From NCBI RefSeq assembly GCF_963921235.1, contig NC_086108.1, forward strand, positions 92,010,001 to 92,074,000: DNA of 64,000 nucleotides. The letters are read 5' to 3'. Under the pieces are notes generated by a model. It was not told the DNA's origin and did no database searches. It worked only from the letters and a program-made list of their open reading frames with translations. The stretch comes from Mobula hypostoma (Eukaryota). Below, piece by piece: positions 13,493 to 26,245 of the stretch; within the stretch, counting starts at the first letter, position 1, and each line of letters begins with the position of its first letter. The position numbers and the translations under genes were made by a program.

Positions 13493-14823
13493 GACATCAG
13501 TTGTAGGAAAGTTATTGGAAAGTATTCTAAGGGACCGGATATATAAGGATTTGGATAGATATGGACTGATTAAGGACCATCAGCATGGCTTTGATCATGG
13601 TAGGTCATGTGTAACCAATCATGCAGAGTTTTTTGAAGAAGTTACCAGGAAACTGGATGAAGGCAAGGCAGTGGATGTTGTCTACATGGGCTTTAGTAAG
13701 GTCGTTGACAAGATCCCACATGGGAAGCTGAGCAAGAAGGTTCAGTTTGCATTCAAGATGAGGTAGTAAATTGGATTAGATATTGGTTTTGTGGAAGAAG
13801 CCAGAGAGTGGTAGTAAAGGGTTACCTCTCTGAATAGAGGCCTGTGACAAGTGTTGTGCCGCAGGGATCTGTGTTGGGTCCTTTGCTGTTTGTCATCTAT
13901 ATCAATGATCTGGATGATAATGTAGTTAACTGGATCAGCAGATTTGCAGACAACACCAAGACTGGACAGTGAGGAAGGCTATCATGGTTTACAGAGGGTT
14001 CTGAGTCTGCTGGAAAAATGGGTTAAAAAATGACAGATCGAATTTAATGCAGCCAAGTGCAAGGCTTTGCATTTCGGTAGGACCAAACAGGGTAGGATTT
14101 ACACTGTGAATGGTAGGGCACTGAGGAATATTCTAAAACAAAGGGATCTGGGAATACACGTCCATAATTCATTGAATGAGATGTCACAGGTAGACAGGGT
14201 CATAACGCTTTTGGTACATTGGCCTTCATAAATCAATATATTCAGTACAGGAGATGGAATGCTACGTGGAAGTTGTGTAAGATGTTGGTGTGACCTTATT
14301 TGGAGTATTGTGCGCAGTTTTGGTCATATACCTGCAGGAAAGATGTAAATAAGATTGAAAGAGTACACAGAAAATGTACAAGGATGTTGCTGGGTCTGGA
14401 AGAGCTGGGCTATAAGGAAAGATTGAATAGGTTGGGAATTTATTCTTTAGAGCATAGAAGATTGAGAGGAGATTTCATAGAAGTATACGTAATTATGAGG
14501 GGCATAGATAAGTAAATGCAAGCAGGCTTTTTCCCACTGTAGTTGGGTGGTACTACAACCAGAAGTCATGGGTTAAGGGTAATAAGTGAGAAGTTTAAGT
14601 GGAATATGAGGGGAATCCTCTTCACAGAGGGTCGTGAAGGTGTTGCATGAGCTGCCAGCGCAAGTGGTGCATGCGAGTTCTATTTCAATGTTTAAGAGAA
14701 GTTTGGATGGTAGGGGTATGGAGGGCTATGGTCCTGGTCAATAGGAGTAAGCAGTTTAAATGGTTTCAGCATGGACTAGATGGACCAAAGGGCCTGCTTC
14801 TGTGCTGCACTTCTCTATGACTC
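13493..14823 (+). mobile_element. CR1-type LINE, 5'-truncated
   Basis: TSVVGKLLESILRDRI...[21 protein letters not shown]...RRLRGD; multiple stops; ctatgact tail. Confidence 0.95.
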
Positions 14824-16174
14824 TTGTCAGTTCAATTCTCTGCCTTGTTCTGGTGCAATGTTTTGACCCGAAATGCCAACAATTCCTTTCTTCCCACAAA
14901 TGCTGCCCAACCCGCTGAGTTCTTCCAGCAGATTGTTTGTTATCCGGATTCCAGCATCTGCAGTCTCCTTTGTCTCCACTCTTGTGCTTTCAGACTTCTG
15001 AAGAAGGAAATCCTAGTCTCTTCAGTCTATGCTAAAAGTTACAACTTTCTGTTCCTGTATCACCCTTGTAAATATTTTTACTGCTTTGTCCATGGTACTT
15101 CCATTTCATTTTTTTATAAATGTAGAAAACTAAACTGTGTAACAATGATGGGACAAAGAGAAATGCATTAAAATAGAGTTGGAAAGATGAAGAGGAGCCA
15201 AAGTTAGAGTATGGAAAAACTAATTTAGAGGAGAATCAAGTCTAAGTAACATAATATTAATATTATCTTCTGTAGAATGTGTTAACACCAAATCTATGAC
15301 ATTATAATCCATGGTACATTGGTATAAAAATTACCCACACAAAAAAATATGAAACCTTCAGTGTTAACGTTGTATGGACTAAGGTTGCTTTGGAAACTGA
15401 AGACAATTAAAAGGCAAGCTAAAATTAATAAAGAGAACATGACTTAAATGTGTACCTAGTGCCAATTGCTTATATAATTATTATGAAGAAAATCAGTCAA
15501 ACACCTATGAAGAATTTGAAAATGTTGATTTTTAATGAACATTTAATGAAATAATGAAACTATGTGAGTGATGAGATTCTATTTCTAGACTAATGTAATA
15601 TAGTAGGAATTTAAGGCATCATAAAGAATGATGCTTGATTTAACAGAAGGATCATGACTTGCCTTTGCTAAGTAGAAATAAAGAAAATATTCACCTCAAT
15701 CCCATAGCTCCCTTTATAATTTATTATTAACTTCATATATTTCTACTTCTTGCGTAAGTATGTATAAATATATAAAGCCTACGTGCTCTAACACTGAACG
15801 AATTACACAACCTACGGACTCACTTTCAAGGACTCTACAACTCGTGCTCAATATTTATTACTTATGTATTTATTACTATCGTTATTTTTTTTTTCTTTTT
15901 GTATTTGTACATTGGTTGTTTGTATTTGCTTGTGTGTTGTTTTTAATTGATTCTATTGTGTCTCTTTGTATTCATTATGAATGCCCACAAGAAAATAAAT
16001 CTCAGTGTTCTATATAGTGGCATATACAGTATATACTTTGATAATAAATTTACTTTGAACTCTGAAGCATTGCATACAACTCAATTTGAAATTAAAAGTA
16101 TTAATTGTTTGGCTCAAAGATGGTGGGGGAGTTAATATTTCCTTCCATGAATCAAATCATATCTTTTTTAAATA

Positions 16175-16370
16175 TCTGTCTGTCTAGGTACCATATCCAA
16201 TGCGGACTTTGGTGACCATGGTTTTCCATATAGATCTATCCTTCGTTTTTTGGATGACTTCCATTTCCTCATTGTGTAGCCACCTGGCTAGACTTTTGAT
16301 GTACATAAGCCGAGGTCTTCCTCTAGGTTTGCTCCCCTCAATCTTTCCGGAGAGTATGAGTTTTTCTAGT
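16175..16370 (-). mobile_element. RTE-clade LINE 3' end
   Basis: Minus-strand translation GKIEGSKPRGRPRLMYIKSL...DRSIWKTMV is a typical RTE ORF C-terminus; (agac)n tail. Confidence 0.75.
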
Positions 16371-17380
16371 ATGAGTTTTTTAAATATATAAAATTATTAC
16401 CCAAATTATTGACATGCTCGATAATGTATTCTACAATGTGGCACCATAAAGATGGTTTGGCACCGGGGATCAATATATATTGTAACTCTTCATTTAAGCT
16501 ATTATTGCATCCTTTCTTTTACAATACTATGTTAAGTACTGGAGATGAAATGGAAACTTGCAGAACAGAATGAAGCCCTAGTGGCCCATAAAAGCACACT
16601 ACTTTTATATCTGTGCTCTACTGAAAAGCTGAGCTGCAGCTGCTCTCAACCAATTGTTGGCTTTATTGCGCCATCCAGAGCAGCCCCACAGACAGCTGCA
16701 ATCTGTCCTCCCGTGCAACAATAAAGCTGTTGTAACAGACCCCGTTTTGTTGTATTTCATCAATATCTGTTTCATTTAACAGCAGAACACACGCAAAGTG
16801 AATATTGCACCATTCAAAGTAGCTTTAGTTTTACCGACTCGCACAGTTGTGAGAGAAATAATGGAACAGAAAGGGATCTTCTCTCAAACTCTGCAACAGT
16901 AATCAGCAGTTAAGGGCCTGTCTTGAATCCATTTGGGTGATTAAGCTGCTGTCATCCTGAAAATGGCATCAAGAAGGAAACTAAAGCACTTGTGAGCAAT
17001 AAAATTATTTTGAAAATGGAGTTCTTCCTTGATGGTTTCCTGATTGAGTTACAGGTAGAGGCATTGAAAAAAGTGGTGATATGTGTTGTTTTTCAGAGGA
17101 TGTACACATCCCAGACTAGATATTTGAGCAGTAATGGATTTCTATTGTTCTCAAACAGGAATCCACTTCAAGCATTTGAAATTAATGTGATCATAATAAT
17201 ATTTGACTTCTATTTTGGTACTAATAAGTACGTTTGTATATTTTCTGGTAAATTCAACTCTGCAACAGCACATGGTCTCCCTTCATTCATTGTTCTGCTT
17301 GGTAAAAGACATACGTAAATACTGTAAGTTTAGTTACAGTTTATTCTAAGCACAGTAAGGAGATTAGATTTGTTTGTCAC

Positions 17381-18025
17381 ATAGAGTCATAGAAAAGGAC
17401 AGCACAGAAACAGTCTCTTTCGACCATTTATTCTGTGCCGAGCCATTTAATCTGCCTACTCCCATCGACCTACACCGGGACTTTAGCCCTCCATACCTTT
17501 ACCATCCATGTACCTATCCAAACTCCTGCTGAACATTGAAATTGAGCTCGCATTCATCACTTTTGTTGGCAGCACATTCCACACTTTCACAACCCTCTGA
17601 CTGAAAAGATTTCTCCTCATGTCCCCCTTAAACTTTTCACCTTTCACTGTTAACTCATGACCTGGAGTTGTAGTCCCACCCAAGCATTGTGGAAAAAGCC
17701 TGCTTGCATTTACCCTATCCATACCCCTCATAATTTTGTATGCCTCGATCAAACCACCTCTCAATCTTCTAAGTTCTGAAGAAAACTGTCCTAACCTATT
17801 CAATCTTTCCTTATAACTCAGGTCCTCTAAACCCAGCAACATTCTTGTCAATTTTCTCAGTGCTCTTTCACCCTTATTTACATCTTTCCTGTAGATAGGT
17901 GACCAAACCTGCACACAATGCTCCAAATTAGGCCTCACCAGTGTCTTACACAACTGGAACATAACATCCCATCTCCTGGATTCAATACTTTGATTTATAA
18001 CTATAACAGCCAATGTGCCAAATGT
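17381..18025 (-). mobile_element. CR1-type LINE 3' fragment nested in a SINE tail
   Basis: ORF 17483-18061 (LVRPNLEHCVQVWSP...RRLRG...FSQRVV). Confidence 0.9.
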
Positions 18026-18029
18026 ATTC

Positions 18030-18320
18030 ATGAAAACATCAAAACGCATAGTGAAATGCATTGTTTTGCATCAATGACTAACACAGTCTGAAGATTATGC
18101 TGGAGCCAGCCCACAAGTGTCGCCAACAGCACGCCAGAATTTACTAACGCTAACCCTAACTCTGACTCTAACTCTATGCCTTTGGAGTGTGGGAGGAAAC
18201 CAGAGCAGCCAAAGGAAATGCAATCAGTCATGGGAAGAACATGCAAACTCCTTACAGACAGTGCTGGGAATCGAACCCTGACTGGTGGTCGCTGGCACAG
18301 TAAAGTGATTGTGCTAATTG
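18030..18320 (-). mobile_element. V-SINE-like element
   Basis: Reverse V-domain tttggagtgtgggaggaaaccagagca...tgcaaactcc. Other minus-strand copies near 24080-24310, 27255-27510, 33290-33470 and 36050-36195. Confidence 0.8.
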
Positions 18321-19684
18321 CTGTAGAACCAGTATGGAATTTAGAAGCAAAGCTTATTTTAAAACTCCAATTCAGAATAGCTGCCAGAAGAAGCCATCCT
18401 CCTGAAGAGATGGTATTAGATTTTGGGAAAGTTTAACTGTAGATCAGATGTGACTCTTTAATCAGCAGAACACCAACAACAACAGGTAAACATCAACATA
18501 AGATCTTCTTGGACAGAGTCTGTAAGGAAAAGGTACAAACTGGAAAAGTGCATATTCAAACGTAAATAACTGAATCTCTCGGTAAGTTTAGACGTTGCAG
18601 CTTGCAAATATCAAGCATTATACATAGAACATAGAATAGCACAACACAGGAAAATAAATGATTTATTAAATGCCTAACTAAATGATTTCCTTCTGCCTAC
18701 ACAGTGCCCATATCCCTCCATTCTCTGCACATTCATGTGTCTATCTAAAAGCCCATTGTATTTGTTTCCACTACCATCCCGGCACAGCATCCCAAGCGCT
18801 CATCACTGTGTGTAAACAAAACTTGCCCTGTGCATCTCTGTTGAATGTACCACTTCTCACCTATGCATTCGGTTTTTGGTTTTATATCTGTTACATTCTG
18901 TGTTTTCGCCTGTTCTTTGTTTCTTGTCACTGTCTGAGCGATTTAACTTTGGCACGATTTGTAAGTGTCTTTTGTGCGGGAGGGAGGGGTTTGATGTTGT
19001 CACAGTCCACCTGATTTGTTTTTCTATGTGGGGGAGGGGGAATTTGATTCTCTGGCTGCCACTGTGCAAATTAAAATTGGTGCGATTTATAAGTTTTTTT
19101 GTGTGTGGGAAGGCTGGGGTTTGATGTTCTCACAGTTCGCCCAATTTGTTTTTCTGCATGGTTGAGGGGTATTTGATGTTATTTGTTTGTGTGTGGTGGG
19201 GGGGTGAGATTGATGTTTATCTTTGAATGGCTTCCATGGTTTTCTTTGTTTCGTGGCTATCTGGAGAAGATGAATCTCAGAGTTATATACTGCATACATA
19301 CTTTGATAATAAATCAACCTTTGAACCACTGAAACTATGAACATTCTATAGAAAATAACTCTCTAGCAATTTCTGCAAGCTTCCAGTGATGTAGTACCTT
19401 TGCCAGAAGTTTGATATAAGCCATGTGCACATACAGGATTTCTGCAGAATATCTGGCAAAGTTACATTGGCAGAGTAGCAACGGGGAAGCATCCATTCTG
19501 GAAGTTATTAAGACTCTTAAGTAGGAAGTCAATAGTCACAGGACCTTTTCACATCCACCCTTATCTAATTATCGGCACCACAATGTTCAGTTATCCTTAA
19601 TCATTTGCTAATATTTAGGTCAATGGATTCAAGATTCAGGATTCAGACTTATTTATCACATATGCATCAAAACAAGGTTCCTTA

Positions 19685-20250
19685 AGGTTGTTATAGCAAG
19701 TGGGGATAAGCTATTAAATTAAATGCTCCCAACGGCGTGAGCCTCAAATAACCTCTGACAACCAGGTCCAGTTCCTAGCCTTCATGAGTGGGTTAGCTAC
19801 AAAGCCTGGAGGAACTGTTTCTACTGACAGGGCAAGGAGCAAAGGCAGGTTACTGGTGCCTTAATACCAGCTGCTTTGGGTAGGTGGGACTCATTAGGCA
19901 TGGGTGGCAGCTCATCTAGGAGAAAGGAAACTCTGATCTCAAACCTCTGCTGCCTTGTGGCCATATCCACTCATGAGGAAGGCTTCAGGAGTAAACCCTG
20001 AGGAAAAAATCCAGAGCTGGAGTCCCTAAGGCAGTCATACATTGAGTTTAATGCTGACTGGCAGCTCCTGCAACACTGCCGGTACCAAACTGTATCGGTC
20101 TCTGTCGTTCCTTTGGGTTCACCAAATGTATGGAGAGGGAGAGCTTGCTGCATGGGCAACAGCTTGCTTTCCATCTCGTACTGCCCTGGCTTGGCATATC
20201 TAGACAGCTAGGACACAACGTCCATGGTCAACCCTGACTGACAGAGGCCT
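19685..20250 (+). mobile_element. Probable RTE-related 5'UTR-derived repeat nested in another repeat
   Basis: Interrupts a minus-strand repeat (tail 19627-19672, body 20252-20650); motif catctaggagaaaggaaactctgatctcaaacc resembles RTE 5' regions. Confidence 0.45.
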
Positions 20251-21056
20251 CAGAATATATCAAAACATACAATGAAAAGCATCACTTGCATTAACAACCA
20301 ACACATCCGAAGGTGTTCTGGGGGCAGCCCGCGAGTGTTGCCACACATTCCAGCACCAACATAGAATGCCCACGATGCCTGGCAGAACAACACAGAACAC
20401 AGACCAAGTGACAAAACAGCCACATTAAAACACGCTCCTTTCCTCCCATCTGACACCCACCCACCCAGCCATGCACATATACAGTCCTTCAACCCAAGTG
20501 CTAGTTGCCTTTGGCCTCCAGCAGACTCGGATTTGCAGGCACTGGCCCTTCGACTTCTTCTGCTGAAGTGTAAAGATTTGCAGACTCCAGCTTCCAGCCA
20601 TTGGGCCTCGTCTTCCAGACTTCCGATCGAGTCTCTTGAAGGCCTGATTGCAACCACACGTGAAAGCTTTCCACGTGGAAGTGACAGGAAGGGGTCAATC
20701 CTGGTGTAGCGGTGTGATCAAATAATCCAGCACAGTATTTGCTGACACACAAGGATGCAAACCAGTCTCATTCCTAAATGGATAACCACACTCTGAGCAT
20801 CAGAGATGTTCTCTGGCATTTAAACCTTTGCATCCTTCCAGTGCAATCCAACATTTATAAAAGTGCTGAAAGTATTCAACATCTGAGAGGAGATTTAGTT
20901 ACCCTTTTTGGAGGTAAAATGCATCAGGCTTGCCAGCGGGCTTTACCAGTTATTCATTTTATTGGCTGAATGCGCTGTTGTAACAACATCAACTTTCCAA
21001 CCTAGCTCCTTTTACAGAAGGAATACTCATCAGGTCAAGTTATAATTTCTTTGTGC

Positions 21057-21378
21057 TGGGCGCGTGGGAGTGTAGCGGTTAGTGCAATCACTTTACAAAG
21101 CAGGCTGTGAGATCGGGGGTCAGTCCTCACCACTGTCGGTTGGGAGTTTGTACATTCTCCCCATGACCGTGTGGATTTCCTCTGGGTGCTCCACTTTCCT
21201 CCCACGTTCAAAAGACAGATGGTGAGCGTTAGTAAGATGTGGGCATACTATGTTGGCACCAGAAGCATGATGACATTTGCTGGCTGTCCAGTACATTTTT
21301 TGCTGAATTGTTTTGACACAAATGATGCATTTCGCTCTATGCTTGATGTACAGTACATGTAACAAATAAAGCTAAACT
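21057..21378 (+). mobile_element. V-SINE-like element
   Basis: tRNA-like head (gtgtagcggttag) plus V-domain ggagtttgtacattctccccatgaccgtgtggatttcctctgggtgctcc. Confidence 0.85.
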
Positions 21379-21429
21379 TAAAATCTTATCTGAGATTGGT
21401 ACAGTAAAGATGCAAGGCCTTTCACTGTA

Positions 21430-21992
21430 AGTTTAAGTTTATTCTCTTTCAACATATATAGATGTATAACCACCAAATGAAACAACGTTCCTCTGGACCA
21501 AGGTGCACAGCACAGTACATATAACTCACACAAAACACATAATGTAATATTACCACAAATAAATTAACAAATAATGAAATATATTCCAGAAGATTGACAT
21601 TTAGCATAAGGTGCTTTTATGCCACAAGTTAAAAAATGAACAGTATAATGCTACTGGCGCTTCACAAGTGATGAAGCCTGGGTGGTGGCAGGGAGTTCAG
21701 TAGTCTCATGGCCTGGAGGAAGAAGCTGCTTCCATCTGTACAGTCCTTGTCCTAATGCTCTGGCACCTCCGGTCTGATGGTAGGGCGGTTAAAGAGATTG
21801 TGGGACAGATGGGAGGGGTTCTTGACAATGTTAAGGGCCCTACATACATAACACTCCTCTTAATATCTTGTATGGGTGGAAGAAAGACCCCAATGATTCT
21901 CAGCAGTCATCATAATCCTTTGTAGGGTCTTGCAGTCAGATGCCTTGCAATTCCTGTTTCAGATGGTGATGCAGCTGGTCAAGACACTTTCA
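21430..21992 (-). mobile_element. Rex1-like LINE 3' fragment
   Basis: Similar to the other Rex1-like 3' ends (gaagaagctg...ctgatggtagg); ends in a short tandem tail. Confidence 0.7.
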
Positions 21993-23173
21993 ATAATAAT
22001 TAATAATCTGTAATAATTAGAACGGGGGTGGGGGAGGTAGGAAAGCCTCGCTCACCTCAATCTCCTCAGAAATTGGAGCTGTTGCTGTGGTTGTTGACTA
22101 TAGAGGTAGTGTCAAGGAACCAGGTGAGGGATCACATCGTCTTCATGCTAATCATCAATCCTATGTTTCCTCTCAGATCTCCATCAATTCCCCACACCAC
22201 CACCCCACTTCGATATTCCTGATACCTACCAACAGTGTGAATTGCTAAAATTTATGACAGCAAATTGACCAATGGTAAAAATATGGCTTTAGCATACAGG
22301 AGGAAACCTGCACAGTCACAGGAAGAATGTGAAGACAGCATCCAAGGTCAGGATTGAACCAGGATCTCTGGAATTGTGCTGCAGCAGAGTTACTGCTCCA
22401 TTCATGTGAATGGCTTTTAAAAATCATTTAGTGGATGCATGGGTGCTAAACTTCTTCAGATCCTTGCATTTCTCCATCAGATGAATTTACACCTGGCCTC
22501 CGTTCTTCATTCTTTTGCCATAGAATATTTCGGTTCACATACAGTATCTATGTTGTGCAAACAGAAGAAATGAACATAAAATACTGCTTTATCTTGACAA
22601 TAGCAACTGCTTCAGGAAATGTAGCCATCTCCTAGGGTACAATCCCAAACATTTCACAGATAGATATGGACATAGTGTAGGCATAAAGGATTAGTTTGGT
22701 CAGGTGCTGAATTACTAGTTTAACTAGTTTGCCACAACATTGTGAGCTGAAGGGTCTGTTTCCATGCTGTGCTGTTCTATATTCCCTCATGTATGTAGAC
22801 TAACTCTGCTTAGCACAGATTTGCCACTTCCTTCCATTCAGTTCTCAGGAAAACTAGCAGTATTGTCATGGCGACCCGAGAACGACCTCTTCCTCACTGC
22901 TTTCAGACTTCTGAACCAAGCCCCTCTTTACATCCACTGCCGGTGGTTGCTGCCACTTTCTTGCACTCTTAATGTGACCTCTTTACATTTAACCCTGTTG
23001 TCCCTTTACTATTTTTTGTACTGCTTCAAATTGCTCCGCGATCTTTGCTCATCATTGTATTTAATGCTGCATTTATTATGGCCTTGTATGCTGTTTACCC
23101 ATGCCCAGGAACAAAAAAGGCTACAGAAAATGTTGGTTACTGTCTAGTCCATTACAGGCAAAGCCCTCCTCAC

Positions 23174-23820
23174 TGTCACGTATTTAATATTTCGGTAGTT
23201 TTTCAGTAATATTGTAAATATTGTATTCTGGTTCATTTAAATAATTCATTATGGGTTAAGTGTAAAACTCCTCGAAGAGGACCACAACCTTGTCTGGTTT
23301 GGAGGCTTGTGTTGCTCAATGACGTGGAGAGCTATGTTGGCTGGAGTCAGGGCTTTATGCGTTGGCTCTTGGTAGGGTCACCCATGCCAAACAGGTCAAA
23401 GGATAGGGGCCAGACTAAGAGTGGTCTGCTCGTCTGGGGGATCAGCTCAGGGCTAACAACCCTGACTGGTAAGACAAAATGGTTATGGAAACAGCAATGA
23501 AGAATGCTTCTACATCTGAGTGCGATGGTATTCCTGAGTCTCCACCTGGGACTTGATGACTGACAGTAGTGAAAACTGAAAGGAAGCTACTGACATGATG
23601 AAGGAAGTCCGGAACACTACCAGAGACGAAGAACCTTCATTGCCAGCGGCATAAAGGGCAGTAAGTAAATGTTAAGCTAAGTGAATTTCATACGTCATGA
23701 CACTACCATGCAATATGTGTCCGTCTCACTAAAGTAAAATACAAACTAAGACCTGCTCTCCTGGGACCCTGTCTTTTTATTGCAATTAGTTTTTATGTTT
23801 TGAAGTTACAAAATATAACA
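23174..23820. mobile_element. Solo LTR nested in a Rex1-like LINE and itself interrupted by an RTE derivative
   Basis: TGT...ACA ends; 5 bp TSD ctcac/cccac (1 mismatch); the host LINE resumes on both sides. Confidence 0.7.
23275..23668 (+). mobile_element. Bipartite RTE-derived non-autonomous element
   Basis: Homologous to 7238-7816; ends ggcagtaagtaa. Confidence 0.75.
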
Positions 23821-24756
23821 CCCACCACTGAGCGAATTTGCATGGAGCACTGCCAAAAGAAAGCAGCATCCATCATTAAGATTCCCCACAATCCAGGATA
23901 TGCTCTCTTCTTCCTACTATCATTGAGTTCCATACCATCAGGTTCAGAAACAGTTACTACCCTACAACCATTAGGGTATTGAATTGATGCAGATAACTTC
24001 ATTCACCTCAATGCTGATTAATTCCACAATCTACAGACCCTCTTTCAAAGACTCTGGAAATCATAATTTTATTATTTGTTTATTAATTGATTGATTGAGC
24101 TACAGGGTGGAATAGGACCTTTGACCCTTTGAGTCACGCCGCCCAGCAACCCCCAATTTAACCCTAGCCTAATCATGGGTCAATTAACAATGACCAATTA
24201 ACCTACCAACTGGTACATCTTTGGACTGTGGCAGGAAACTGAAGCACCCAGAGAACACCCCTATGGTCACGGGGGAAACCTGCAAACTCCTTACAGACAG
24301 TGACGGGACAATTTGTCTTCTTTTGCGCATTGCTTGTTTGACATTTTTTGTTTATGTAGAATTTTTCATAACATTTTTTGGTACACAGAGCTTAGAAAAA
24401 TATGCAATAGGGAAATTCTTGGGAGTTTCAAGAGTAGGTTACATGGTTGGCACAACATTGTGGGCCGAAGGGCCTGTAATGTGCAGTAGATTTCTATGTT
24501 CTATGATTTATTTTCTATGTAATTCTTTATTTTCCAGTAAATGCCAGCAGAAGAAGAAATCTTAAGGTTGTGTATATGTACTTTGATAATAAATTTATTT
24601 TGACCTTTGACTTTGTGAGCTTCCCATGAACAAGGAATTTTATTGCACCCTGTTGTATATGACACAATACTAACCTAATCTAATTGTTAGATTGTCAGAG
24701 TAGTTGGCTATAATGAGACCGTTATCCTCATAAACTTTCAGTACTGCCTCAACCCA

Positions 24757-25248
24757 CACTCAGTAGCCACTTTATTAGATACTCCTGTACACATGCTTGT
24801 TAATACAAATATGTAATCAGCCAATCGTGTGACAGCAACTCAATGCATAAAAGCACGCAGACATGGTCAAGACGTTCAGTTGCTGTTCAGACCAAACATC
24901 AGAATGGGGAAGAAATGTGATCTAAGTGACTTTGACTGTGAAATGATAGTTGGTGCCAGATGAAGTGGTTTGAGTATCTCAGAAACTGCTGATCTCCTGG
25001 GATTTTCACACACAACAATCTCTATAGTTTCTAGGGAATGATGTGAAAAGCAAAAAGCATCCAGTCAGTAACAGTTCAGTGTGTGAAAACACTCAAATAA
25101 CCACGCACTACAACAGTGGTGTGCAAAAATGCATCTCTGAATGCACAACACATCAAACTTTGGGCTATTATAATAGAAGACCAGGAACGTAGACTTAGTG
25201 GCCACATTTTTAGGTTCAGGAAGTACCTAATAAAGTAGCCACTGAGTG
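24757..25248 (+). mobile_element. Non-autonomous Tc1 element
   Basis: TIRs cactcagtagccactttattag / ctaataaagtagccactgagtg followed by TA; remnant MGKKCDLSDFDCEMIVGAR...SISETADLLGFS. Confidence 0.9.
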
Positions 25249-25649
25249 TAGATCGTAACATGAACAAATGGATTATCCTGCCCAAGTCATTCCAGAAAAA
25301 GTAGCAACAATGAAGATAGATGTCACTTCCCAGTATTATCTACTTGTTCCAGTTTCCTCCAAGCAAAAGGCCATGAGTACATTTGAATTGCCTGCAATTG
25401 CTCTATGATGTAAATAGAATTATTTACTGGTCAATAGCCTCCACCATTTTTGAGTAAAGAAATAATTTTACTCGAAACTTTACGAAAACCAATTTCCCCC
25501 GGGATCAATAAAGTATGACTATGACTATGACTAAATGATCTTCAGATTTCCTCTGAGGGAAATAGGTCTTTTATGTTCACCCTTCCAATTAATACTCACT
25601 TTGGTGCCCTCCTTTTGCGGGAGTCCACAAGTCTGCTGCTTATTTCACA

Positions 25650-26245
25650 AACACAGGACGCTGGAAATTCAAAGCAGCACACACAAAATGCTGGAGAAAA
25701 TCAGCCAGTCAGGCAGCATCCATGGAAATGAGAAAACAGTCGATCAATGTTTCAGGCCGAGACCTTTCTTCAAGACTGGCGAGGAAGGGAGAAGACACTA
25801 GAATAAAAAGGTGACAGGAGGGGAAGGATGATAGCTAGAAGGTGGTAGGTGAAGCCAGGTAGGTGGGAAAAGCATAGTGCTAGAGAGGAAGGAATCTGAT
25901 AAGAGAGGAGAGTAGACCATAGGAAAAAGTGAAGGACAAGGGACACCAGGGGAGGTTATAAGGAGGTGAGAAGAGGTAAGAGGACATAGTGGAGAATAAC
26001 AGAAGAGGGGAAGGTCAGAGAACATACTTTTTACTGGAAAAAGAAATCGATATTCATGCTATCAGGTTGGAGGCTACCCAGACGGAATGTAAGATGTTAC
26101 TCCTACATCCTGAGGGTTGCCTCATTGTGACACAAGAGGACTGATATGTTGCAACGGGAATGAAAATTGGAATTAAAATGTTTGGTTACTGGGAAGTTTC
26201 ACTTCTGGCAGATGGCTGGGAGACCATTTTGTCAAGCACCTCCAT
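25650..26245 (-). mobile_element. Older PLE 3' fragment with a short inverted piece
   Basis: Homologous to the arms of 34778-36034; 26215-26245 is a plus-strand piece encoding LGDHFVKHL. Confidence 0.8.
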
